Shown here: positions 13,381 through 24,619 of the stretch, one piece after another | How the letters are laid out: each line of letters opens with the position of its first letter | How positions within the stretch are numbered: position 1 is the first letter of the stretch | Assembly (NCBI GenBank): GCA_951406725.2 | Contig: OX597839.1 | Location: forward strand, 11,408,001-11,472,000 | Direction of reading: 5' to 3' | DNA: 64,000 bases | Source of the DNA: Octopus vulgaris | Lineage: Eukaryota | Notes under the pieces: generated by a model | Database searches by the model: none | Told to the model about the DNA's origin: nothing | The model's input: the letters and a program-made list of their open reading frames with translations, nothing else | Position numbers and translations under genes: made by a program

Positions 13381-14601
13381 AGGAAATAGTAAATTACCAT
13401 ATGAAATCCATTTTCTTCACTGCTAATCTATACTGTATCTGCTTTCTGTCTCTCATGATCCGGTTAATATAAATGATGATGATGATAATAATGATAATAA
13501 TAATAATAATAATAATAATAATGTGTGTCTCTATGCATTTTGGGGGGATTTGTTTTTTTCCTGTCACAACACGCTATTGAATACATTGTGGCTTACTGCA
13601 AGGTTGAAAGGGTAAGCTGCTGTTTTATTGTATGCACATGAATATATGCAGCATGCACACGCGTGTTGCACAGAGATAATATACACAGGCATGTATTTAT
13701 AAAGTAAATATATGAAATGCACATGCGAGTATGCATGCATTTGTATACACGCGCATAAATGTATATATGTATGTATGTTTGTGTAAATGTGTCTGTGTTT
13801 ATAAAGACGTGTATATCGATGTATATCGATGTGTGTGTGTTTTATTATATGTATAAACTTAGATATAACACGACTGTTATGCTATTAGGAAGCTGTGAAG
13901 TAGAAAACTGGAATCATTATGAATCATAGGCGATATTATATGTTGAAGATACCCCCCTCCACTTTTTTTTGTGTGTGTGTCTCAATGGATGAGACTAGCA
14001 GCTGAATAAGGAGCTGATGGCTAGGGCTTTGCAACCTTGACCTGTCCATCAGGAAATGGACAGGGTATGGATGATGGGGGTCACAGTAACATCCTGTCAA
14101 GTGAATCTTCAAAGTCTGATCTGATCTGATCTGATCTTCTCCACCTCCTACACACACACGCTCTCATCTTCAGTGGAGTGGCTGAGTGGAACAGTGGATC
14201 ACGGCAATGAATTAATTGCTATTGTAGTTTGTTCTGTTGAAATAGAGCAGTTGCATGTCTCAGACCTTACACCAACAACATCACCAGCAGCATCATCGAC
14301 AACAAGACCATGGGCCCATACTTGATCACTGGATTTACTAGAAATAGAAGAATATCCTTATTACAATATAAAAAGGGAAGTATACATTGGACAACCAGGT
14401 GTATTGGACATACAAAATGGCAGGATGGTCATAGATGGAATACATTTGATCACAGGTGTGCTCAGTTTGGACTGACCTGTGGCTAAACAACTATGTCACT
14501 TTATGATGATTATTACTATTATTATTTAAAGGCAATGAGCTGGCAGGATTGCAGAATTTCCAAAACTTCACACCTTGTGCCTGCAGTTGAAAGGATTATT
14601 A

Positions 14602-14627
<26 letters not shown>

Positions 14628-14632
<5 letters not shown>

Positions 14633-15000
14633 CACCTCCACCTTAGCAAAGGCAGAGGTATTGTTTTCAGTCGTGTTTGTTTGTCTGTCTGTGGACAAGA
14701 TATCTCAAGAACCGCTGGATGGATTCTGATGAAACTTTCAGGGATGTTTGGCCTCGTGACTGGCACAAACTGATTAGATTTGGAATCGATCTGGTACCAG
14801 ACAAGGATTCTGGATTATTTTTCCTGTTTTTCTTTTTTTATTAATTTTTGAGAGCGGTCGGGTTCATTTTTAGTATTCTCGTTTGTGATGGCAGTCGAGT
14901 TTATTTCAGATATTCTCATTTTAAAAATCATCTCTGGCTAATCATCAAGAGGACATTGGTGTTGCCTCGGCGGAGGTTTGAGCTCTCTGGGTGCTCTTAT
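14628..15000 (+). mobile_element. Helentron-associated non-autonomous element (HINE/DINE-1-like)
   Basis: Sub-terminal inverted repeats ACCTCCACC (14634) and GGCGGAGGT (14969); 5' hairpin ACCTC...GAGGT; (TGTT/TGTC)n tract; short 3' hairpin; sits in an (ATT)n tract. Confidence 0.6.
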
Positions 15001-15807
15001 CATTATTATTATTATTTCGTTAGCATGCCGGGCAAAATGCTTAGCAGTATTTCACCTGTTCTTATATCCTGCCTTCAGATTCCACTGTGGTTCACTTCCC
15101 CTTTCATCCTTTCAGAGTCAGTAGAGTACCAGTGAAACACTGGGGTCGATGTAATCAACTAGACCCCTCCCCCAAAATTTCAAACCTTATGCCTTTAGTA
15201 GAAAGGGTTATTATTATTATTGTTATTATTGAAGGCAGCAAGCTGGCAGAATCATTTGCACACCAGGCAGAATGCTTAGCGGCATTTTGTCTGTCTTTAC
15301 ATTCTGAGTTCAAATTCTGCGAGAACATCTAGTCATGGGTTGTTATTACCTTGCTTGGAAACTGGTGAGAATTGGTGATGGGAAGGGCGTCCAATTATAG
15401 AAAATCTGCATTAATAAACTCTTTTGGACCCATGCAATTATGGAAAAGAAAAGTAGATGCTAAATGATGATGATGATAATATTTATACTGGAGTTGGTAC
15501 ACTTGACTCTAACTTACTCTGTGGAAAGCTTGTTGTTGTGTCTAGCCATGAGAAACCATAGCAGAAAATTATAGTCTAAGATATTCCAAGATTTCCAAAA
15601 GAAAGAAAGACAAAATTAATTCCAAATATTATTGAATGACTCAGATTTTCAACAATTCAAAGCAATTTTTACTATTCTTTATTTTTCTTCTCTTTTTAGG
15701 TAAGTCCAATTGTTGAAACCGACATTGGGTGGATATTTTACCATGGCTAACTGAATGGAACCGGTACCAGGTTTGAAGGTTCTTTTGTAAACTATTGTAG
15801 TGTGATG

Positions 15808-15860
<53 letters not shown>

Positions 15861-15864
<4 letters not shown>

Positions 15865-16001
15865 GTTGTCCCAAAAGTTCATAAACACTTGCGGAAATTG
15901 AATTTTTACTCGCCAAGTACTAACAAAAGCAACAAAAATTATTCCTCAAAATAAAGACCATTATTTTCCAAGACTTTCTACAAACTTTTGGGACAACCTT
16001 A
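15861..16001. mobile_element. Tc1/mariner-like MITE
   Basis: TIRs TTAGGTTGTCCCAAAAGTT and AACTTTTGGGACAACCTTA, flanked by TA. Confidence 0.75.
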
Positions 16002-16251
16002 TATATGTGTGTGTTTGGCCTAGAGGTCTGAAACACAGACCTGGAAATACAAGATCACAAAAAGAATGACCCAGGTTCAGATCCTGCTGGAGACAGGATT
16101 TTGGAAAGCAGCAGGGGCACACGTAGGAGTCATGACCTAGATGGGCCTGGCTCCCATAGAGTGTCTGGAATAAGGGCCAAAACCCTTATTGGATGAGAAT
16201 TCTTCCACTGAAGATCTCTCCTGCTGTGTGCTTGCCTTGCAGCAAGTTTCT

Positions 16252-16289
<38 letters not shown>

Positions 16290-16755
16290 GAAGGCATGTG
16301 ATCTATTGGTTAGGGTGTTGTATTCATGATTTTGCATTTGTGGTTTCCAATCCCAGGCCAATTGTTCTTGAACAATGCTTCAGCAAGACTATACTCCCTA
16401 ATATAAATGTGTGTGTGTGTGTATGTATATGTTCCCTAGCATGACTGCAGCTGACACATTTTAAAGAATTTATATATATATATATATATATATCACATCA
16501 CAACACACCACCCACACACCCATCCCCACATTTTCACACCTACACATACATACACGCACACGTCCAGACCGTCAGCCCTCTTTCACATGCACATACTCTT
16601 TTATACACACGCACCTTCATGTTGGAGGTCATCTTTACTTGTTATCTCCTCTACTTTCCTTCTCATGTGTGACCCTTCTGTCTGAGTCAGACGCCATGAT
16701 AGATCGTTAGCCACTATACACATTTTTTTTCTCTCTTTATTATTTTTCTGTGTCC

Positions 16756-16791
16756 CTTTCTGTAGAAGAGCGTAGGCTCAAAACGTAAAAG
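16756..16791 (+). ncRNA. Degenerate minimal type I hammerhead ribozyme motif (family HH2)
   Basis: cttt-CTGTAGA-a-gagc-gtag-gctc-AAAA-cg-TA-aaag; stems I and II pair, but the catalytic core is substituted in both conserved boxes. Confidence 0.5.
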
Positions 16792-17058
16792 ACTTTTTCT
16801 ATTCCTGAGCGTTATACTAATACATCTGTTTGTTTTGTACACCACCTGTCTTCGTCTTTTGTTTTTTTTTGTAAACTCTCCCTATATATATATATATATA
16901 AACACACACACACAAGCAGGTGAGTGGACAAAACAAAGAGACATTCAATATACTTAATAGAGTCACATACATTTTTATTTAAAACTTTTTGATTCTGCTC
17001 CCATACTATTGAGCGTCTAAGTTGCATTAGGCCGAATCAAAGTGTTTTAAATAATGAT

Positions 17059-17106
<48 letters not shown>

Positions 17107-17787
17107 TATAACTATAATAACAATAACGATAATGGCAAAGTGGGTTCCATTTGTATGTCTCTTTAAGAATTGGATAATTGCATGCTGGCATCTGGAGTTA
17201 CACAGATAATTTAAATTGAAATTTATAAAAAAAAATTAAAATGGGAAAGGGGTGAGATAAAGCACAGTAGTTAATTAGTATAAAATTAGTTTTCGTGACT
17301 ATATTTTGAATGAAAACTCCTTTTCACAACATTTTTCTAATGAAATGCACTGTTTATTTATTTCAATTAATTTTGAGAATAATCGAAAATTTGCAAAAAT
17401 TTTGTTTAAAAAAAAAAAAAAAGACCATTTTCCCCTTGATTAAAGGCAGCATTTGGGAATGCTTCATTTGTTCTTAGGTCTAAATTTTTGCAAGCTAGTA
17501 TGGCTTTGATAAGAATTCTTGTGGTTATATTTTTGATCTTCTTTATACCAGCCTTTGTTTCCAAGTGAGGTACTTATTCCGCAGGCCTGTGCACATCTTT
17601 ACTAAGCTGCTAGACATATTACATGGGACGTCGACAACACCACCACAGCCAAAACAATACCAATGTAGGACATACACGCACACACACATACACCTTATTT
17701 AGCATGAATAAACTATAGAAAGTCACAAAACTGCAGTATTTATCATGAGAAAGCTTCTTGTGTAGATGTAGAGTGTTAAAAAATATA

Positions 17788-17982
17788 AGTTAGTGAGTTA
17801 GTTAATTTTTTGGCTCAAAAAACAAAAAGCAACGCCATGTAGGGGGACATGGAGTTATGTACAGGGTGGTGTTCATGTAAAGAGTTCAGGCCACTTGAGG
17901 TCAAGGGAGACTTTGAACCGAGCGGTCGTCGGCATCTTCAGCATCTCGTCTGTCAGCTTATTCCACGGATCTGCACCCCGGA
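17788..17982 (-). mobile_element. 3' end of a CR1/L2-type LINE
   Basis: The minus strand encodes RGADPWNKLTDEMLKMPTTARFKVSLDLKWPELFT* (WNxL...FKxxLD terminal motif), then a short 3' UTR and an (ACTA)n-like tail. Confidence 0.7.
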
Positions 17983-18243
17983 AAGTGTAGAAGTAGTAGT
18001 AGATGTCAAGAAGTGCTTTATAGCACTATGTGTTTGTCTATGGGAGAAGCTTTCTCAAGACAAAATCTGAAGTTTTGTGGCTTTCTATATAGTATATTCA
18101 CATTAAGTGATGTATACAGAATGTTATTTTTACCCTTTATTCTTAACCAATACTGTTTCCCTCATTAATAACACATTTTTACCCAACATGCCACATAGAC
18201 ACACACACACACAACAAGCATATGTGTAGGTATGTAAATATAT

Positions 18244-18623
18244 ATATACAAGCAGTATCGCCTGGCGTTGCTCGGGTTTGTTTCGACCCTTTAGGATTGG
18301 AATTTTTGAAAAGTAAAAATTTTGCATTATGTAGCTTGTTATTCTCTTTAAGTGAACATTTTTCTGGTTGAAATACACCAAAAAATGGCGACACACCAGT
18401 AAAAAAATCGTAAAAAATAGGGATTTTCATAGAAAAAGTGCACCTTTTTGATGTAAATAATTTTTGGTGTTAACATGGTCCGATTTCAATTTTTCCTTCT
18501 ACGGAAGGAAGAGCAATCCTTCTTCTATCATACTCTCAATTTTGGTCAACTTGCGTGGCAGGGTCTCGGAAGAGATGGTGCTAGTTGAAGGCTACCAAAC
18601 CTGCCATACACAGACAACTTCAG

Positions 18624-18628
<5 letters not shown>
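18244..18628 (-). mobile_element. Non-autonomous Helitron-like element
   Basis: The minus strand begins (TA)n-AAAGCTGAAGTTGTCTGT and ends with a GC hairpin (CCCGAGCAACGCCAGG) shortly before CTTG|T, a degenerate CTAG end; layout resembles Lep1-type Helitrons. Confidence 0.55.
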
Positions 18629-18683
<55 letters not shown>

Positions 18684-18862
18684 ATGTGTGTGCATATATA
18701 TATGTGTATGTGCATGCATACAGACGTGGTGTGTGCTTTTTCCATCTCTCAAATTTCACTTCTACTTTTTTAACCTTCTGCATTTTCTATATGCTACTGT
18801 CTCACTTTTTCCCCGTTTCTTCTCTTATTCAATTGGTTAAATTCATTATGATATGTGGTTTT

Positions 18863-18915
18863 TGCCTGATGAATATGTTTGAGATATTTCTCAGCACATG
18901 AAACTATTAGTAGCA
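18863..18915 (+). ncRNA. Type I hammerhead ribozyme motif (family HH3)
   Basis: tgc-CTGATGA-[atatgtttgaga tatt tctcagcacat stem II]-GAAA-ctattag-TA-gca; complete core, near-palindromic stem III, predicted GUA cleavage after 18912. Confidence 0.65.
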
Positions 18916-19499
18916 CTTAAAGACATGTATTGTGTCTTTTAAATAAATAATATTTATCTCTCATCAGATGGAGTACTCTGTTGAATTTTCCATCAAAGCA
19001 CAGTACATTATATATATATATATAAAAGGTTTCACTTACAGTTAATCAAGGCAATTATTTTCTTCTTTTTAATTAGATTATGAATGCTTTCAAACAATTC
19101 ATGCCCAGTTCTTTGTGTGAGCATATTTCTAATAAAGATACAGCATCTGTTTTGCAATTAATTTCCAAAATAGCCAAGAAGTTGGAAGGGATTTAGTAAA
19201 ATAACCCAGTTTTCTGTTATTTAAGATGTGTTTGGCTCCTAATTTAATAACGGTTTCTTTTACATGAGATTCTAATGGAAGCTTTTCATTTAAATAAGAA
19301 TACCCTCAAATGAGTTGTTGTATTCTCTCATAGAAGCTGAGCTGGAATCTCACATGCGTTGTTATTAAGAGAGCTAATAGAGAGTTAGTTTTCGTTTTTA
19401 AATAAGAAAAAATGGCAATTGTTTTAGTGTATATTTGTTCCAGTTTTTGGTAAAATTCCATTTATATATATGTATATATATATATGTGTTTTTGTTATT

Positions 19500-19780
19500 A
19501 TTATTATCATTATTGTTTTTACGTATTATTATTATTGTTTTTACGTATTTTTGTATTCTTATTCGTGTAACATCGTCCGTTTTTCCGTCTTTGTTTTGTA
19601 TACATTCGAGGCTTTCTTCCAAGGAATCTAATGCGCTTAGCTTAGATTTTCCTTGGGGGTGGCAATCTGAAGATTAATCAGCCGAAATAGCAAGGATGAT
19701 CCGGTTCTTGACTGAAGATTGAAGGCTTCAAATGTCCCGTCCGTGTTTTCTGTATCGTCTTCTAAATGTTTTGCGTTCAT
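19500..19780 (+). mobile_element. Unclassified (TA)n-associated repeat, also at 23140-23275 (minus)
   Basis: Shared CAGCCGAAAT..GATGATCCGGTTCTTGACTGA..GGCTTC.AATGTCCCGTCC segment. Confidence 0.55.
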
Positions 19781-20071
19781 CAGCTTCAATACTTAACTGG
19801 TACTTTATCAGCCCTGAAAGGATGACCTTGGCAGAATATGAATTCAAAATGCGAAGATGGCTGAATTGCTGCTAAGCATTTTGTTCAGGATGCTATTGAT
19901 TCTGCCAGCTTATCACCTTACTAGAAATATAAATTTAACATTTTATTTCTGTCTTGTAGTGGTGGCCACTCACCAAACACAAATTATTGCCCTATTCTGG
20001 TCTTCTCTGGATCACCTCAAAATGAGGCACAAAGTAACCAATTTTTATACTTCTATCGATTGAGCATGTAT

Positions 20072-20106
<35 letters not shown>

Positions 20107-20203
20107 ATCGAAACATGAAAACACAAAGAGAAAACACAACAACGCGAGGACGTGGAACAAATATAGTATTATTGGATGCTCAGGAAGGAAGGGAAGAAGG
20201 AGG

Positions 20204-20238
20204 GTTTTACATTTCGAGCGGAGCTCTTCGTCAGAAAC
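20204..20238 (-). ncRNA. Minimal type I hammerhead ribozyme motif (family HH2)
   Basis: Minus strand gttt-CTGACGA-a-gagc-tcc-gctc-GAAA-tg-TA-aaac, inside a ~205-bp element (20103-20308) flanked on both sides by (TA)n. Confidence 0.6.
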
Positions 20239-20305
20239 ATAGGAAAAGGAAAGATCCAGAGAAGGGAAGACGGAGGAAAAAAAATTGCCAATGGTACACA
20301 CGTGG

Positions 20306-20340
<35 letters not shown>

Positions 20341-21549
20341 TGTATAAATCATTCCAACAGTTGTTTATGGCCAATATATTCTTTGTAGGAAACCATTTCT
20401 TTTAAGAGCTTAACCTTTCACCGGTGGTAAATATTAAATGTAATGTATATATTTACTGCGCATTGATAAGATGCACTGTATCACCGCAGCATCAGCATGT
20501 GAATGCGGACAGATAGTGCATTATTATAACAGCATCGTAGAGTAGAGCTGAGTTGGTGGGGTGTTGTTGTTGTTGTTGAAATGCTCTAAAATATCAGCTG
20601 CTGTGCACCAGCAAATGCAAAACTGCAGCATATTGCATCTTGTTTGGCAAAGAGCAGGGGAAAAAATATATATGAATTATAGAAAGAATTTGTGTTTTGA
20701 TGTATTGCGTTGAAAATGGAAGGAGCGACCCTACCCTCCACCAATCATCACAGCCACCATGTTGCTTGTAACTTCAGCTAACAAAGTAACCCTTGTCTGC
20801 TGTCTCAGGTTGCTAGAAATACCAGTAAATTTCTCCTCAAACTACACTAACAGTCTTAGAAGAGGGTGCTTTGGTTAATGTAATCCAAATTCACTATATC
20901 TGGTAAAAAGGTGAGATGGTCACAACTGGAATGCCTTTGATCTTAGATCATCTTGTACAGGATAAAGCTGGGAGCTAAACAACAATCTTGATGTTTGACC
21001 TGCTTTTAAAAAGTGGAGAAAAATCTCTTGCAAATCAGTCGTAACATTATTTTAAAAGGAGAAAAGCTGTAAAGGTCATTGCTGGAATGCCTTTAATGGT
21101 AGATGCATGTGCTTGGTCAAGATTGACCTGGGGCTAAACAACAACAAATCTTATTAAAACGATATAGACCAGAATAACTTGGTACCTTCTGCCAGCTTCC
21201 TGCAGACATCAACATTTTTCTGTGCATTCATTTGCTTCTAATTAGAATACATTGGCCATAAGTGATAACGATGATTATCAGGATCTTTCTGGAATTAGCA
21301 TCATAATTAGGATAATTAAGAGAAAAAAAGTGATGGTGTTAGAGCGGGGAGGGGGAAGAAAAAATTAATAATCTGTTTGGTTCCTCTGCTGAGTTCTTCT
21401 CTATATTTTAAAATTATTTTATGGTTTAAATTATTTTTGTTATTAGTATTATTTGTTAGCAGCATAAATGAGAGAGATGTAATTTTTTAAAATATATATT
21501 CAACCATGTTATTTACTGGTCTAGAAAGATTGTTGTTTAGATTAAGGTC

Positions 21550-21917
21550 CCCAAAGTCCATCCCCTCCTCACCGTGATGGGGACACTGGCAACGGGTAGC
21601 GTCAGAGCTATGCCGTCGGGAACTTTGGTTCCTGATAGGGCCACCCAAGGCGGATTGGTCTGACACCGTGTGGTATTAGGGCCACAACCCGGCAGACAGG
21701 GCTCTGGTGAAAATCCTCGGAGTTTCTGCTTCGGCAACCGGTGGCTCCTCGGTCGTTCTGTCCCTGCGGACAATCTGTGGCAGACAGGCTGTCTCCACAT
21801 GCGGGATTGTTGGGGACCGCTTGTGAAATCCACATATTCCTACGAAACTTCTTCCATGAGTAGAAGAAGCCGACTCAACCCGCCCAGGGTGAATGTCGCC
21901 ACAAGTACAAGTAAGTA
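21550..21917 (+). mobile_element. GC-rich non-autonomous retroposon, probably RTE-derived
   Basis: 11-bp TSD AGATTAAGGTC (21539-21549 and 21918-21928); CAAGTACAAGTAAGTA tail; no clear pol III boxes; inserted into an older repeat. Confidence 0.7.
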
Positions 21918-22233
21918 AGATTAAGGTCAGCCCTGACTGGAAAGACAAAATGATCAAACACATTCTAAATATGACCATCTCTCCTTTTTCTATGTTTCAA
22001 AGTGTAGAATTGTCTAGTGTATCCTCTTCTTTTTCAAGATGGTAGGCTGTGATTTGAGAGAGCTACAGCTGTTATTTCTAGCGAGCCAAGCAACCATATA
22101 GTAGCTCCCTCGCCGAGAGGATCAATAACTGTTGATCAACTCCCAAGATTAGCTCTATTTCAACAGACTTATATTCAAAGGCATTCCATCTATGACCACC
22201 CTGTCTTTACAGATCATCTATTTCAGTCGAGAT

Positions 22234-22463
22234 CAGAGGTTCTTGAGGTCCATATAAGATTTTACTGTTAAAAATTCATGTGCAATTGAATTGGTTATAC
22301 TTCTAGAATTCAAAAAAATTTGTTAAATTTTTTTAATACAGTTTCTAACATTTAATTACTAAAATACTATAGGATTTTTAAAACATCAGAAGGCAATAAG
22401 GGTCCATCCATGTAAAATAGGAATCAAAGGGGTCCTTAAAAAAAAAATGTTTGAGAAACACTA
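22234..22463. mobile_element. Degenerate hAT-like MITE family H
   Basis: CAGAGGTTCT...GAGAAACACTA ends; related to copies at 38996, 53182 and 62824. Confidence 0.55.
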
Positions 22464-22860
22464 CTCTAGATTCTCCAATGTGTCCGTTTTTAACCCTCTT
22501 GTTACTAGGTTTCTGTTGAAATACACTACTTTCATTTCAGTTAGCTTACTCTTTTACTTGTTTCAGTCATTTGACTGTGGCCATGCTGGAGCACCACCTT
22601 TTGTCGAGCAAATCGACCCCAGGACTTATTCTTTGTAAACCTAGTACTTATTCTATTGGTCTCTTTTACTGATCCGCTAGGTTATGGGGACGTAAAAAAA
22701 GTTGGGCTGCCTTTACTCCTGGGGTCTCACCTTTATGCACTAAGTGTGTACGTGTGTGTGTGTGAGTATGTATATATACATATACATATTTATATATATA
22801 TATATATACACACATATATACAATATATATAATCAAAATAAGCAACAAGAATGACTCCGG

Positions 22861-22954
22861 TAATTTGGTACGATCGTTTCGTACTACATCATTTTATTAA
22901 ATGTTGTAAGTATTACAACAGATTTTAAGATACTGAGTACTCATCAGCCAATTA
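22861..22954 (-). ncRNA. Intact type I hammerhead ribozyme motif with extended stem II (family HH1)
   Basis: Minus strand taattgg-CTGATGA-gtact-[~50 nt loop with a hairpin]-agtac-GAAA-cgatcg-TA-ccaaatta; all core nucleotides present, G10.1-C11.1 pair, palindromic stem III. Confidence 0.8.
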
Positions 22955-23926
22955 TAGAGGTTTTCCATTAATACAAAAATTTTCAAATCAAGTGGCAACA
23001 TTATAGAGAAGGTAGATACTTAGACAAAGATGTGGATTTAAATTTTAAGAACATATGAGGTAGTGAAGTCCTTCCACTGACTGACCAACATATGGCTGTT
23101 CCTAACTGCTATAAGGTTAGAAGTGTATATATATATATATATAAAGTAAAAAATATATACAAACCGGGACAAGAACGTGAAACACCTAGAAGACGACACA
23201 AGAACCACAGGACGGGACATTCGAAGCCCTCAGTCATCAGTCAAGAACCGGATCATCTTCGCAATTTCGGCTGATGTTTGTATGTATGTATTATATACAG
23301 ACACATACATGTGTGTGTTTGTAATGATGTTGGCTTGTTCACGCCCCGCCCCGGTAACTTGGTGGTTCGACGAAGGAAACCGATAGAATTAAGTACCAGA
23401 CTTTGTAAAACAAAAGTAGTGGCGGGGCTATGACCACAGTCCAACGATCGAAAACAAAAAGATGAAAGACGTATATACACACACATTTACATACAATGTT
23501 TACACGTTTGTACCACTTCCGACCGCCCCGCCCCCCCTTCCGTCTATTTTAGTATGTGAAAAAGGAATAAACAGCGGCGGTGGTGGTGGTGGTTTTGATG
23601 GTGACAATATTTGTCAGACTGCTTGTCCGGTTTACATTTGATTCCATAATGAGATTGCTATATTATCATTTCTGGCTCTTTACATTGGAGATAATCTGTA
23701 ATTAAATTTCTGTGGCGATGATGAAGTGCCAGGGTGGGGGGAAGGAGGGAGGTAGTGACGGTAGGAGGTAATGTCAGTGAAGTAGTTGCCGTTGTTGTTA
23801 GTATTATTTTATTACTGTTTCACGGTTAAGTCAAAGGGTTAAGATACTAAATGTCTGTTTTAGACGGCGTTTTAACGTTTCGCTTAGGCGTTTCCGAAAT
23901 TGATAACCTGATGTAGTACCCTCAAT

Positions 23927-24030
23927 AGTACTGTTTAAGAAGAGTGGTCCCGGTGCGCGCACTCGCGCATCCGCGGCTAGCTAGTCGTGACTAGGTCGAT
24001 CCTTTGTGTTTTATTTACTTTGTGTAAAAA
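23927..24030. mobile_element. Single arm of MITE family F
   Basis: GTGGTCCCGGTGCGCGCACTCGCGCATCCGC..CTAGTCGTGACTAG matches the TIR of 27266-27592. Confidence 0.7.
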
Positions 24031-24038
24031 CATTATTT

Positions 24039-24452
24039 GGATCTTTTCGGTTTGAACGGCAGTTTTTTCTAGCGGTGTCATATGAAATTGTCACCCATAA
24101 TTATGACCCTAGAATCGATCTATTGCATTTCAATCTCTTTTAGGGTTAGGGGTGGGGGGGAAGGGTATCTTTTTTCTTCACAAATGTAAATAAACCCAAT
24201 CTGTTTCTTAAACGAGGGACCTATTGATACGGCACAGAATGCTTTTTTAACTCAATAGATGCCACTGATTGGTTGAAATTGCAGAAATTGAAGAAAAAAA
24301 CCCCAACAAATATCTTACAAACTATAGAATTTTCTCAATAAAGCCAAGAGAAGAAGATGTTTTATAAACACATTCTACCAGTATACGAAGTTTCAAATTT
24401 TTTAATCACCTAGAAATTATGTTAAAAACTGCCGTTCAAATCGAAAAGATCC
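24039..24452 (+). mobile_element. MITE family D, full length
   Basis: 29-bp TIRs GGATCTTTTCGGTTTGAACGGCAGTTTTT (one mismatch). Confidence 0.85.
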
Positions 24453-24611
24453 TAGGTTTATTTACATTTGTGAAGAAAAAAAGATACCCTTCCCCCCACC
24501 CTAACACTAAAACAGATTGAAATGCAATAGATAGATACTAGGGTCATAATTATGGGTGACAATTTCATATGACACCGCTAGAAAAAACTGCTGTTCAAAC
24601 CGAAAAGATCC
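24453..24611 (-). mobile_element. Inverted left-end fragment of MITE family D
   Basis: Reverse complement of the first ~160 bp of the adjacent copy. Confidence 0.8.
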
Positions 24612-24619
24612 GATCTGGA

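Noticed and set aside
12557-13400. Long ORFs rich in HT, VC and YI (also at 3.0, 33.1, 42.7, 46.0, 53.7 and 54.7 kb)
   Set aside because: They are translations of (CA)n/(TG)n/(TA)n microsatellites, open in several frames on both strands.
14040-14068. Short perfect hairpins (CCTGTCCAT/ATGGACAGG here; CTTGTGACTAAT/ATTAGTCACAAG near 50546-50571)
   Set aside because: Too short for pre-miRNAs and expected occasionally by chance or local slippage.
18955-18975. Other isolated CTGATGA hits (minus strand here; also near 170, 600, 9845, 27046, 32830 and 42568)
   Set aside because: No downstream stem II plus GAAA plus stem I complement.
19619-19720. CTGAAGA...GAAA motif suggesting another hammerhead (and CTGATGA in the 23.2-kb copy)
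   Set aside because: No stem II pairing adjacent to the core and no properly placed UH cleavage site; at most a heavily altered relic.
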